This document shows positions 10,081 through 20,535 of a stretch of DNA of 60,525 bases, piece by piece. The notes below the pieces were generated by a model. It ran no database searches and was not told where the DNA came from. It saw nothing but the letters and a program-made list of their open reading frames with translations. The position numbers and the translations under genes were made by a program. The DNA is taken from assembly GCA_902772645.1 (NCBI GenBank), contig CACYBM010000033.1, positions 1-60,525 of the forward strand, given 5' to 3'. This DNA is from an uncultured Pseudomonadota bacterium (lineage in GTDB: Bacteria; Pseudomonadota; Alphaproteobacteria; RUG11792). Positions within the stretch are counted from its first letter, which is position 1, and the number at the start of each line of letters is the position of its first letter.

Positions 10081-11898
10081 TTAATATTTAATATATTTAA
10101 GTTTTTCCAATAATAGAAATACTTCCTTCGCGATAGGGGCTGCAACTGATGCTCCACTACCGCCATGTTCTACTACAACACATACTGCATATTGTGGATC
10201 ATCAACAGGAGCATATGATATAAACAAAGCATGTTCTTTATTTTCATATACATCAAACGTTGTCTTACCACTAGCCCTTTGCGCAGCTGTTATTCTTCGT
10301 ACCTGAGAACTGCCAGTTTTACCTGCAATTTCGAATTGTTTTAATTTACATTTCTTAGCAGTACCACTTGGTGAATTAACAACATCATACATACCGTCTA
10401 ATATTATATCAATGTGTCTTTGTTTATAATTTAGTTTTTCATTACTACTTTTTATTTCTGAATTATTTTTACATATGTGAGGAGTAATTGGTTTTAATCC
10501 ATTAGCGAACATACATGTCATTTTGGCTAATTGTAAAGGAGTAGTCAATACATATCCCTGGCCTATAGCCATATTATAACTATCTCCAGCAGTCCATTTC
10601 TGCTTCCTTTTATCTTTTTTCCAAGCCTTATTGGGTATTAATCCTGACTTCTCATTTGGTAAATCTATTCCAGTTTTAAAACCTAGTCCAAAATCATTAG
10701 CTACTTTGGCTATATGGTCTGGATTGATGCGTTTAGCTATATTATAAAAGAACACATCACATGACTTCTCCAGTGCTTGCTGCAATGTAAGAGAACCATG
10801 TCCACTCTTCCTCCAACAGTGGAATTTATGTTTACCTAATTCACTATATCCCGTACAAGTAAATCTAGTGTTTTCATTAATAATTCCATAGTATAAACCA
10901 GCTAATCCAGTAATAATCTTAAATGTAGATCCAGGAGCATATAATCCACTTAATGACTTATTTATTAACGGATTAGACTTATTAGCATATATTTCCTTTA
11001 ATAATTTACTTGGTATCTTTTTAGAAAATATATTAATATCATATCCAGGATATGAAACAAAAGCCAATATGTCGCCAGTATTAACATCAATTACTATACA
11101 TGAAGCACTCCTTTGCTCAGATAGCATATTATATATTTCATTTTGCAAATTGATGTCTATTGTTAGTTGTATAGTGTCTCCAGGAATACTATCAATTTCA
11201 TTTACCGTTCTTATTACCTGTCTTCTAGAGTTTACTTCTAATTCTTGAATACCAACCTTACCAAACAGATCCTTTTCATATTGCCTTTCTATACCGCTCT
11301 TACCTACCTTGGCAGTTGGTAATGATAAACTAGGATTATTGGCCCACACTATATCATTACTATTTGGAGAACTTGTATATCCCAAAAAATGAGAACACTG
11401 TATTGGGAAAGAGTAACGTCTTGCAATAGTCTTTTCTATTGATATATATGGATACTTATTACTAATAATATAGTATTTAGTTAATTCATTCCAATCTAGG
11501 TTTTCCTTTAATACAATGTACCTATTACTTTGCTTAATTATACTTGGTAAATTGTCAAGTTTTTGTAATACTACATCATTTGCATAAAATTTTTTTAGAA
11601 TATCTATTACATGTTGTAGATTATCTTTAGGTATAGATAATAAATCCAATATAACTGCATATGAATACACGTTATAAGCTATCTCTTTTCCACGCCTATC
11701 AATTATATTACCTCTTATTGGCAATACTCTTTTTATAACTAATCTATTTTTATCAGATAATAATTTATACTTTGCTGATTGGTATATTTGCAAATAAAAT
11801 AATCTTAATACTATAACTATTATTAGAAGACAATTCCAAAAGATAAATACATATATACGTTTAATACATATGTTCTTCTTATAATTCTTTTTTAACAC
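10081..11898 (-). CDS. mrdA: Penicillin-binding protein 2 (elongasome transpeptidase)
   Basis: 605 aa with a GTG start. N-terminal TM, then LSDKNRLVIKRVLPIRGNIIDRRGKEIA, typical of PBP2. Transpeptidase motifs STFK (PGSTFKI), SCD (KSCDVFFY) and KTGS (AGKTGSSQ). Confidence 0.88.
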   Translation of the reverse strand: MLKKNYKKNICIKRIYVFIFWNCLLIIVIVLRLFYLQIYQSAKYKLLSDKNRLVIKRVLPIRGNIIDRRGKEIAYNVYSYAVILDLLSIPKDNLQHVIDILKKFYANDVVLQKLDNLPSIIKQSNRYIVLKENLDWNELTKYYIISNKYPYISIEKTIARRYSFPIQCSHFLGYTSSPNSNDIVWANNPSLSLPTAKVGKSGIERQYEKDLFGKVGIQELEVNSRRQVIRTVNEIDSIPGDTIQLTIDINLQNEIYNMLSEQRSASCIVIDVNTGDILAFVSYPGYDINIFSKKIPSKLLKEIYANKSNPLINKSLSGLYAPGSTFKIITGLAGLYYGIINENTRFTCTGYSELGKHKFHCWRKSGHGSLTLQQALEKSCDVFFYNIAKRINPDHIAKVANDFGLGFKTGIDLPNEKSGLIPNKAWKKDKRKQKWTAGDSYNMAIGQGYVLTTPLQLAKMTCMFANGLKPITPHICKNNSEIKSSNEKLNYKQRHIDIILDGMYDVVNSPSGTAKKCKLKQFEIAGKTGSSQVRRITAAQRASGKTTFDVYENKEHALFISYAPVDDPQYAVCVVVEHGGSGASVAAPIAKEVFLLLEKLKYIKY

Positions 11899-11912
11899 AT
11901 TTGCTTTTGTAG

Positions 11913-13364
11913 TTAATCACAAGTACAATGACATCTATTATTATCTGTGTTTGTAACAACTGGTTGATTGACTACTGGATTGTTGTTAATAACTTCACTA
12001 CTGGCAACAATATCATTATTTTTTTGTGGTTTGCAACACATTACTTGCCTACGCTGTCTTATACATCTTCTCTTCTGTATAATATACATTGGTTCTTCTT
12101 CTGCTGGTTGTACTGCATTACTTATATCAGTCACTATTGGTTGTCTCACAGGTGCAACATATTGTTGTTTTATAAGAGGTGGCAAGTTATTATTACAAGA
12201 ATACTGACAACCTTTATTTAACATTCTAGTATGGAACTCAGCCTTGTAATCATCAACTTTAGATGATTTACTAGTTGATTTAGTTGTACTCTTCTGCTTG
12301 GTTGGTTTTTTATTCAGTTTAATATTTGTTGTTTTCTTTTTATTACTGGATTTATTTTTCTTACTTACGTTCTTTTTCTTATCTTTAGATTTCTTCTTGG
12401 CTTTAGTAGCTTCTTCCTCTTCTTCATCATCCTCTTCATCCTCATCTCTATCATCATCGTCCTCGTCATCTTCATCTTCTTCGTTCCAAATCTCTTTAAA
12501 CTGTTGCATAGCACTAGGACTTTCAAAATTAACAATATCTAATGAATTATCTGAACTCCCTCTGAATTGTTCATTACTATCGCGTATGACTAACATTGTG
12601 GGCAAACTATCTATAGCATTCTTATTTAAAACATCCTCATCTCCTAACAGTACTAATTCAACTTTTCTATTATTAGATTTTGGATTACCAGCACTATCAT
12701 ATCCATTTGGATCCAGTTGTTCTAATACTATATTGTATGATCTTAATTTATCTTTGGCACTATTATAATCTGTTATTGTTGGAGATTTCCAATCCTGAAG
12801 TGTTTCAGGAGAAGGAACACCAATAAATATTATTCTAATACCATCTTGTACCAATTGATTTAGATACTTAGACAAACCAGTCAAGAATCTAGCACAATTA
12901 GGACACCAGTCTCCAAAAAATATAACCACAGTCTTTTTTAAGCTCTTGCTATCTAAAGTTGTTGGTCTAGATAGCTTATTTTTTCCTTTTTCCAATCTAC
13001 ATACAGTAGCAGAAAATCGTTTACTTTTCCTTGCATAGTTTTTTAAAAATGGATTGTTAGGATTTTTTTGTCTATTGTTGTTATTTTGATTATTATAAGA
13101 ACCATATTGGTTATTATACGAAGGATTTGTCGCAGGATCATTGTTCCCATCGTATTGATTCGACCAATTATTGTTATTACCATACTGTCCATTATTCTGT
13201 TGATTACCACCATACTGGTTGTTGTTACGATACCCATATTGTGATTGATCGTATGGCTGTCCAGCTTGAGAAGCATAAACAGGACCTTGCTGACCAACAG
13301 AAGATACATTGCATGCAAAAAGAATAGTTACAAATACACATAATGATATTAGTAATCGATTCAT
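11913..13364 (-). CDS. Secreted thioredoxin-fold (TlpA/ResA-like, WCPNC) protein with Q/N/Y/G-rich, polyacidic, polybasic and Cys-rich segments
   Basis: The ATG at 13364 gives signal peptide MNRLLISLCVFVTILFACNVSS. The thioredoxin motif VVIFFGDWCPNCARFL is encoded at about 12894-12908. The track start at 13376 is TTG and less likely. Confidence 0.7.
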   Translation of the reverse strand: MNRLLISLCVFVTILFACNVSSVGQQGPVYASQAGQPYDQSQYGYRNNNQYGGNQQNNGQYGNNNNWSNQYDGNNDPATNPSYNNQYGSYNNQNNNNRQKNPNNPFLKNYARKSKRFSATVCRLEKGKNKLSRPTTLDSKSLKKTVVIFFGDWCPNCARFLTGLSKYLNQLVQDGIRIIFIGVPSPETLQDWKSPTITDYNSAKDKLRSYNIVLEQLDPNGYDSAGNPKSNNRKVELVLLGDEDVLNKNAIDSLPTMLVIRDSNEQFRGSSDNSLDIVNFESPSAMQQFKEIWNEEDEDDEDDDDRDEDEEDDEEEEEATKAKKKSKDKKKNVSKKNKSSNKKKTTNIKLNKKPTKQKSTTKSTSKSSKVDDYKAEFHTRMLNKGCQYSCNNNLPPLIKQQYVAPVRQPIVTDISNAVQPAEEEPMYIIQKRRCIRQRRQVMCCKPQKNNDIVASSEVINNNPVVNQPVVTNTDNNRCHCTCD

Positions 13365-13393
13365 GCAATACCCCAATATAGTCTAACAAATTA

Positions 13394-13470
13394 TGGTGCG
13401 CCCAGAAGGACTCGAACCCTCAGCCTTTAGATCCGTAGTCTAACGCTCTATCCAATTGGGCTATGGGCGC
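13394..13470 (-). tRNA. tRNA-Arg (anticodon ACG), CCA encoded
   Basis: The reverse strand GCGCCCATAGCCCAATTGGATAGAGCGTTAGACTACGGATCTAAAGGCTGAGGGTTCGAGTCCTTCTGGGCGCACCA folds as a 77-nt cloverleaf. It has a 7-bp acceptor stem, anticodon loop CTACGGA and T-loop TTCGAGT. Confidence 0.92.
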
Positions 13471-13537
13471 CCATATAATTATTATCACATACATGAATAA
13501 AGCGTTGCAACATTATTATTAGTACATTGAAAAAATT

Positions 13538-16500
13538 TTATTCTTTAATGACTTTTTTGCGACCCCTCTTTGGTTTTGTAATATCATTATTATTACCTAT
13601 TTCGTTTTTTACTTTATTATTTTTGCTTGGCGTACCATTTTGCTGTACTACATTAATATCATCACTAATAATTGATATTGTGGTTTGCTTCGTAGCACTT
13701 TTAGTAACATTATTTTCATCTATTTTTTTTACTTTTGTTTTGTTCTTTACTGTTGGTTTTTCAATAACAATATCATCTACATTATTTTCTATTACCTTTT
13801 TCCTCCTTCCAGGTTTCTTTTTTACTGCTTCTTCTATATTGTCTAGCTCATCATTACTTTTCAATAATTTCTTCTTTTTATATTTTCTCTTTTTAGCTTT
13901 TTCTGCATTTGCTCCTACATTGTCAACATCATTATTTACTAATTCTTTTACTCTATTATTATTTAAATAAAGAGTACTCAATGTACTATCAATATCATTT
14001 GGTTCTTCAGGTAATGTAAATGTAAACGATTCGTCATTGGTATTAAGCGCATCTATTTCTTGATATTCATTATTGGCATTATTCCCAAATATTGCTTCCC
14101 TCTGATCTTTAGCAAATTGGAATAGTATTTCCTGAGGTGTTTCATATTGAGATTTACTATCATCTTGATAGTTACTCTCATTGTTACTTATATCTTTTAT
14201 ATTAGTATCATTTAGTACATCATCATTATTATCATCTTCATTTATATTGTCTATTTCATTTTCATGGATAGTTTCTAGTTCATGTTCATTTACATTGTCT
14301 GTTCCATTTTCATTTATATTGTATATTGCATTGTCTTCATAATCTTGTGTATTTTCTATATCATTAGTGTATAATGTTTCATAATTACTATCATTATATT
14401 GTTCAGTACTCGGTTCTCCTTCTAAATTATTTACCACTGTTTCAGTATTGGAATGAGAGCTAAATACAATAGGTTGTATTTTCCCATGACATTCTTTATA
14501 TTTCATTCCCGAACCACATGGACATGGTGCATTACGTGAAGCAACTATATAATTATTATTTGTATTTATTTGTTGTTCATTCGTATTATTATCATTTATA
14601 TAATTTACATTATCATGATACTCATTATTATTATTGTATTCATCATTATCTTGCATGATATCCTCTGAATTATTCTCAGAGTGTATAGGTATATGTTTAT
14701 TATTCATATCTTTAAGTTGTGCTAGTAGTTTATCTAGTTTTTCCTTAGCTTCATCTTCATTTGCAAAATCCAAATCAGCAAACTCATCATCAAAACCCAT
14801 ATTAAATTGTTTTTCATTACGTTCTCTCATACTCATAATATTCGTTGCTATTTCCTTTCTTACACCATTCAACATCTCATCGAATATATTAAATGCTGCA
14901 AATTTATATTCATTCAATGGATTCTTCTGAGCATATGCTTGTAAATTAACACCTCTTCTCAAATGCTCCAAAGTAACTAAATGTTTCTTCCATCCGTTAT
15001 CTAAAGTTCTTAATGTTAAATTTTTCTCATATTCTTTAAGGTATTCAGGATCCACACTTTGTTTTACTGCCTCAAACTTTTCTTGCACTTGCTCATGTAG
15101 CTTTTGTTTAAGTAATTCATAAGTCATATTGGAATCATTCGCTATTTCTTCTTTATTTATTTGTATACCAAACACGTTATTCAATTGTTTTTGTAAATCA
15201 TCCAATTTCCATTCAAATGGAACAGCTTCAGGTGATGTATACGTATCACAAATATTATCTACAGTATCAAAAATAATACCATTTACATATTCAGATAGGT
15301 CATCTGATTTCATTAAATTTAATCTCTGTGAATATATCATTTTCCTTTGTTCATTCATTACATCATCATATTTTAGCAAATGTTTACGAATATCAAAGTT
15401 ATAAGCTTCAACTCTCTGTTGGGCCTTCTCAATAGCCTTAGATATCCATCTATGTGTTAAATCTTCATCCTTTTTAACACCAAGTTTCTTCAACATATTC
15501 TTCAAATTAGGAGAACCAAATCTTTTTATGAGATCATCTTCCAATGATAAGAAATACTTAGATGCTCCAGGATCACCTTGTCTGCCAGATCTACCTCTGA
15601 GCTGATTATCGATACGTCTACTTTCGTTTCTTTCTGTACCTACTACAAATAACCCACCTAGCTTTATTACTTCTTCATTCTTACGCTTTACATCTTCTTG
15701 TATTTGATGTATTCTGGCTTCTCTTTCAATTGGGTCTTCTATGTCTTTACATTCTAAAGCTATTCTTGTTTCTACTGATCCACCTAGTTTTATATCTGTT
15801 CCTCTACCAGCCATGTTTGTAGCTATAGTAACAGCTCCTGGTGCTCCTGCTTCAGAAATTATTATTGCCTCCCTTTCATGTTGTTTAGCATTCAATACAT
15901 TATGTTTTATTCCTTCCTTAGTTAATAAGAATGATATATACTCTGATCTATCTAGGTTAGTAGTACCAACCAGTACAGGTTGTTTTCTCATTGCACAGTC
16001 TTTTATTAACTTAATTACAGCTTTATCTTTCTCTTCCAAAGTAAGGAATATGGAATCATCTAAATCCTTACGTATTACTGGTTTGTTCGGTGGAATACTA
16101 ACAACTTTTAATTTGTATATTTCATCGAATTCAGCTTCTTCAGTCATAGCTGTTCCAGTCATTCCTGATAGCTTTGGATACATCCTAAATAAATTCTGAT
16201 AAGATATAGAAGCTATTGTTTGACTTTCAGCTTGCACTTCTACTCCCTCTTTGGCCTCCAATGCCTGATGTAATCCTTCTGAATATCTACGACCTTCCAT
16301 TGCTCTTCCAGTAAACTCATCAATGATAAGTATTTGACCATCCTTTACCATGTAATCAACATCTTTTTTAAATAGTTTATTTGCTTTCAGTGCACAATTA
16401 ACATAATATACCATCGATACATTACTAGAATCATACAATGGACTATCTATCAACCCCATATCCATCAATCGTTTTTCTATCTTTGCTATTCCAGCTTCAG

Positions 16501-17287
16501 TTAGATTTATTGATCTTGTTTTCTCTTCTTTTTCATAATCCTCTTCTGTTATGTCTCTAACAACTGAGTTAACATCAACATACATTTGAGAAGCATTATC
16601 ATCTGGTCCTGATATTATTAATGGAGTTCTTGCTTCATCTATTAATATACTATCCACCTCATCCACAACAGCGTAATTAAATGGTCTCATAACCATATCT
16701 TCCACTCTGAATTTCAAATTATCTCTCAAATAATCAAATCCAAATTCGTGGTTAGTACCGTATGTTATATCAGCAGCATATGCTTCTTTTTTACTAAAGT
16801 CACTCATACCGCTAACAATTACAGATGTTGTTAATCCAAGGAATCCATATATTTGTCCCATTTGTTCACTGTCTCTCTTTGCTAAGTAATCGTTAACTGT
16901 TACTAAGTGAACTCCTTTTCCAGTCAATGCATTTAAATACAATGGAGCAGTTGCTACTAGTGTTTTACCTTCACCAGTTCTCATTTCGGCTATTTTTCCT
17001 TCATGTAGTGCAATTCCTCCTATCAATTGAACGTCGAAGTGTCTCATTCCTAAAACTCTTTTGGAAGCCTCTCTAACTACTGCGAATGCTTCAGGTAATA
17101 TATCATCCAATGTTTTTCCATTTGCCAATAACTCTTTAAATTCTAATGTTTTCTTTGATAAATCATCATCAGATAAAATAGATATTTTACTTTCATAATT
17201 ATTAATAACATTAACTATCTTTTGGTATTGTTTTATAACCCGTGCATTAAAACCACCACCAAACCATTTGTTAACTAAATCAAACAT
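13538..17287 (-). CDS. secA: Preprotein translocase ATPase SecA with a ~310-residue C-terminal extension
   Basis: The ATG at 17287 gives MFDLVNKWFGG. Walker A MRTGEGKTLVATAP, VDEVDSILIDEARTPLIISG, TNMAGRGTDIKLGG. The zinc motif CPCGSGMKYKECHG is encoded at 14483-14524. The frame then stays open to 13538. Confidence 0.95.
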   Translation of the reverse strand: MFDLVNKWFGGGFNARVIKQYQKIVNVINNYESKISILSDDDLSKKTLEFKELLANGKTLDDILPEAFAVVREASKRVLGMRHFDVQLIGGIALHEGKIAEMRTGEGKTLVATAPLYLNALTGKGVHLVTVNDYLAKRDSEQMGQIYGFLGLTTSVIVSGMSDFSKKEAYAADITYGTNHEFGFDYLRDNLKFRVEDMVMRPFNYAVVDEVDSILIDEARTPLIISGPDDNASQMYVDVNSVVRDITEEDYEKEEKTRSINLTEAGIAKIEKRLMDMGLIDSPLYDSSNVSMVYYVNCALKANKLFKKDVDYMVKDGQILIIDEFTGRAMEGRRYSEGLHQALEAKEGVEVQAESQTIASISYQNLFRMYPKLSGMTGTAMTEEAEFDEIYKLKVVSIPPNKPVIRKDLDDSIFLTLEEKDKAVIKLIKDCAMRKQPVLVGTTNLDRSEYISFLLTKEGIKHNVLNAKQHEREAIIISEAGAPGAVTIATNMAGRGTDIKLGGSVETRIALECKDIEDPIEREARIHQIQEDVKRKNEEVIKLGGLFVVGTERNESRRIDNQLRGRSGRQGDPGASKYFLSLEDDLIKRFGSPNLKNMLKKLGVKKDEDLTHRWISKAIEKAQQRVEAYNFDIRKHLLKYDDVMNEQRKMIYSQRLNLMKSDDLSEYVNGIIFDTVDNICDTYTSPEAVPFEWKLDDLQKQLNNVFGIQINKEEIANDSNMTYELLKQKLHEQVQEKFEAVKQSVDPEYLKEYEKNLTLRTLDNGWKKHLVTLEHLRRGVNLQAYAQKNPLNEYKFAAFNIFDEMLNGVRKEIATNIMSMRERNEKQFNMGFDDEFADLDFANEDEAKEKLDKLLAQLKDMNNKHIPIHSENNSEDIMQDNDEYNNNNEYHDNVNYINDNNTNEQQINTNNNYIVASRNAPCPCGSGMKYKECHGKIQPIVFSSHSNTETVVNNLEGEPSTEQYNDSNYETLYTNDIENTQDYEDNAIYNINENGTDNVNEHELETIHENEIDNINEDDNNDDVLNDTNIKDISNNESNYQDDSKSQYETPQEILFQFAKDQREAIFGNNANNEYQEIDALNTNDESFTFTLPEEPNDIDSTLSTLYLNNNRVKELVNNDVDNVGANAEKAKKRKYKKKKLLKSNDELDNIEEAVKKKPGRRKKVIENNVDDIVIEKPTVKNKTKVKKIDENNVTKSATKQTTISIISDDINVVQQNGTPSKNNKVKNEIGNNNDITKPKRGRKKVIKE

Positions 17288-18088
17288 TTTTATTTTATAG
17301 AATGCAATACCCACATACTAATAATATACCACTTTTCTATTTAACTCGGATTTAATATAAATGAAGATTCACTCTACAATGAAATGATGTTAATTTTTGT
17401 TACAACAGGGACAACAAGTAACACCAATAAACAAGCAAATATTACTACAATACAGTGGTATTGTATTCCCTAATAATTCCTAAAATAATATAACTTGCAT
17501 AATATTAATTTCTATATAATTTATAATTATGCCTACATACACATCAACATGAAATTTCTTGGTAAAAATAAATTGTTGATTCAAGTATTAACACATTTAA
17601 CCCGTATTACTCTCATCGAATTATATCACAACTAATTTAACTTAAAAGACATTACACCAACTAATAACCAAATCATTTGTGTCATAATATACACATTAAC
17701 TAATTACTATTTACATGTTATCATCAAACATTGATATCACAAAATATTTGTTTGAGTCATAATTCATATTTTTAGCGACCTCCCAAAACATATACTTAGT
17801 GTAAATAAAATAACTAGTAAGATATTTACAAAAATTTTATCTACAAAAGAGTAATATAACGCTATTATTAATAACATATTAACTTCCAATACAACAAATT
17901 TTGGAACGACACTGTTTAATTTATTGCAATATAACAAATCACTGCAACTATTAGAAAACCCGCATTCGTAAGAAGTATTAACTATAAAAAATTTGTCTTT
18001 ATAAATAAGCCGCGATACTTGCGATACTAACAATGCTACAATTGGAACAATTCCACAAATTATAAAGACTACAATATATTTATATATT

Positions 18089-19510
18089 TTACTTCTTCCT
18101 TCTGAAACAAGCAGGTATTTCTAAATCATCAATTGTATTCTGTTGTTCATTTATTTTACTTTTATTATTATCATTATAAACATTATCTAAACCAATATCA
18201 TCACTAGCCTTATTCAATCTTTGTTTAGTTCCAAATCTATCAAAGAATGATCTAGGTTTTCTTTGTCCTTTATTGTCATTATCAACTACATTACTTTGAT
18301 AATTCTGTTTAAACTGAGTTTGTACTTCATTGTTATTTATATTATCCTGAGTTTCAGGTAATCTAATTTTATTTGGTTGGATATTATTCATTACATCTTT
18401 TAGCATATTGTTATTTTTTACATTATTTGCATCTATTGATGTATTAATTTCTCCTACACGAAACTGCATTATATCTTTGTTCCTGGAAAATAATTCTTCT
18501 GTTTGAGGACCTATACCAGTAGCTACTACAGATACTCTTATTTTACCATTTAATCTCTCATCAAATATTGATCCGAATATAATATTAGCTTCCTTATCAA
18601 CTTCTTCTCTTATTTTATTTGCAGCTTCATCTACCTCATATAATGTCATGTCATAACCACCCATTATGTTTATTAATATGCCTTTGGCACCTTTCAAAGA
18701 AACATCATCTAATAATGGATTGGATATTGCTGCTTCTGCTGCATCTAATGCTCTGCGTTCACCATCCGCTTCTCCAGTGCCCATCATAGCTTTACCCATC
18801 TCACTCATAACAGCCCTTATATCAGCGAAATCAAGGTTTATTAATCCAGGCATTATCATGAGATCAGTTATACCTCTTACACCTGAATACAAAACATTAT
18901 CTGCCATTTTGAAAGCATCAGCTAATGTAGTACTTTCATTTGCAAGTCTAAATAGATTTTGATTTGGAATAACAATAAGTGTATCAACGTATTGTTGTAG
19001 TTCTCTAATTCCTTCTTCTGCTATTTTGGTTCTATTAGGTCCTTCAAATGAAAACGGTTTAGTAACTACGCCTATTGTTAATATACCTGCTTCCTTAGCT
19101 ATTTTAGCTATTACTGGAGCTGCTCCTGTGCCAGTACCTCCACCCATTCCAGCAGCTATGAATATCATATTGGCACCTTGTATATCTTTCAATATTTCCT
19201 CTGATGATTCCTCAGCTGCTGATCGTCCAACATCAGGTTTAGATCCAGCACCTAATCCTTGAGTTACAGACAATCCAAGTTGTATTCTGTGTGATGGATC
19301 AACTAGAGATTGTTTTAATGCCTGAGCATCAGTATTAGCCGCAAAGAATATAACTCCTTCGAGATTAGAACGAATCATATTATTAACAGCATTACCACCA
19401 GCGCCACCTACTCCAACTACTATAATTTTTGGGCCTAACCCAGCATCTGAACTTGATGTATCTAGATTAATATTCTCTTCATTATTTTCAATTCTGTCAG
19501 TATTCTTCAT
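18089..19510 (-). CDS. ftsZ: Cell division GTPase FtsZ
   Basis: 473 aa. [13 protein letters not shown] and tubulin signature [13 protein letters not shown]. Long N-rich linker. Conserved C-terminal peptide [13 protein letters not shown]. Confidence 0.95.
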   Translation of the reverse strand: MKNTDRIENNEENINLDTSSSDAGLGPKIIVVGVGGAGGNAVNNMIRSNLEGVIFFAANTDAQALKQSLVDPSHRIQLGLSVTQGLGAGSKPDVGRSAAEESSEEILKDIQGANMIFIAAGMGGGTGTGAAPVIAKIAKEAGILTIGVVTKPFSFEGPNRTKIAEEGIRELQQYVDTLIVIPNQNLFRLANESTTLADAFKMADNVLYSGVRGITDLMIMPGLINLDFADIRAVMSEMGKAMMGTGEADGERRALDAAEAAISNPLLDDVSLKGAKGILINIMGGYDMTLYEVDEAANKIREEVDKEANIIFGSIFDERLNGKIRVSVVATGIGPQTEELFSRNKDIMQFRVGEINTSIDANNVKNNNMLKDVMNNIQPNKIRLPETQDNINNNEVQTQFKQNYQSNVVDNDNKGQRKPRSFFDRFGTKQRLNKASDDIGLDNVYNDNNKSKINEQQNTIDDLEIPACFRRKK

Positions 19511-19662
19511 AACAGATTTATAACAACACTATATATTCGGATAATTCCAGTATATAATGATGTCTTTTAAATTAAAAGACTAAAATTATTTATTTTTACC
19601 TTACAATAAATATAATTTTAAAAATAGCATTAAGTTAAAAATTAGTTAAAAAGGAATACATA

Positions 19663-20514
19663 TTATATCATAGTATAATTTAGTATTTGTCCCAATTTAT
19701 CTTTTAATTGATGCCTGTGAACAATAATGTCTATTAAGCCATGATCTTTTAAGAACTCCGATCTCTGGAATCCTTCTGGTAACGTTTTCTTAATTGTTTT
19801 TTCTATTACCCTAGCTCCTGCAAATCCTATTAATGCTTTTGGTTCAGCTATATGTATATCTCCCAATGTAGCGAATGATGCCAATACACCACCTGTAGTA
19901 GGATGTGTAAATATATTTATATATGGTAATCCTGCTTCTTGTAAATAACATAATGATGATACAGTGGCTGGCATTTGCATTAGTGATAGTATTCCTTCTT
20001 GCATTCTAGCACCACCTGAAGCTGTAACACTAATAAATGCTGATTTTGTGTCTACAGCCAGTTTTACTGCTTTTATAAACGATTGACCAATACACAATCC
20101 CATTGATCCACCCATAAATTCAAAATCCATAACAAATACTATTGCAGGCATATTGGAAATAAAACCACTTCCAATACTTGCAGCATCGTACAAATTAGTC
20201 TTATTCCTAGCATCCTTTAATCTATCAGTATATTTTTTTAAATCCTTAAACTTTAGTGGATCATCTTTTACTTGCACTAAACTTATTTCATCATACTGAT
20301 TATTATCAAATAGTGAAATTAATCTATCTTTAGTATTTAGTTTTAAATGATAGTCACAATCACTACATACCATCAAATTATTTTTGAGATCAGCTGTATA
20401 AAGCATTTTTTCACAAGATGGACACTTGGTCCATAATGTGTCACTGACAGATGAGTTTCTACCACCAAGAAATGCTTTAATCTTTGGGGTAACAATGTCT
20501 TTTAACCAATTCAT
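19663..20514 (-). CDS. accD: Acetyl-CoA carboxylase carboxyltransferase beta subunit
   Basis: N-terminal zinc ribbon CPSCEKMLYTADLKNNLMVCSDCDYH. Carboxyltransferase core GGSMGLCIGQSF and GGARMQEG. The ATG at 20514 is preceded by GAGG. The track start at 20526 is TTG. Confidence 0.9.
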   Translation of the reverse strand: MNWLKDIVTPKIKAFLGGRNSSVSDTLWTKCPSCEKMLYTADLKNNLMVCSDCDYHLKLNTKDRLISLFDNNQYDEISLVQVKDDPLKFKDLKKYTDRLKDARNKTNLYDAASIGSGFISNMPAIVFVMDFEFMGGSMGLCIGQSFIKAVKLAVDTKSAFISVTASGGARMQEGILSLMQMPATVSSLCYLQEAGLPYINIFTHPTTGGVLASFATLGDIHIAEPKALIGFAGARVIEKTIKKTLPEGFQRSEFLKDHGLIDIIVHRHQLKDKLGQILNYTMI

Positions 20515-20535
20515 AACCGACCTCAAATAAAATAA

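Noticed and set aside
12298-12768. 156-aa Ser/Leu/Phe-rich ORF on the + strand. Similar shadow ORFs lie at 5511-5882, 13527-13970, 14634-14930, 15741-16199, 20630-21103, 27611-28180, 31646-32173, 37440-37784, 46523-46978 and 54522-54839.
   Set aside because: All lie antisense to long, well-supported or clearly coding genes. They are low-complexity mirror images of those genes; for example, the poly-Ser is antisense to the poly-Asp/Glu run. They have no family signal.
17764-18033. 89-aa TTG-initiated ORF downstream of ftsZ
   Set aside because: Non-ATG start, no SD, no family signal and composition typical of chance ORFs. It is left unannotated, although a small membrane protein cannot be excluded.
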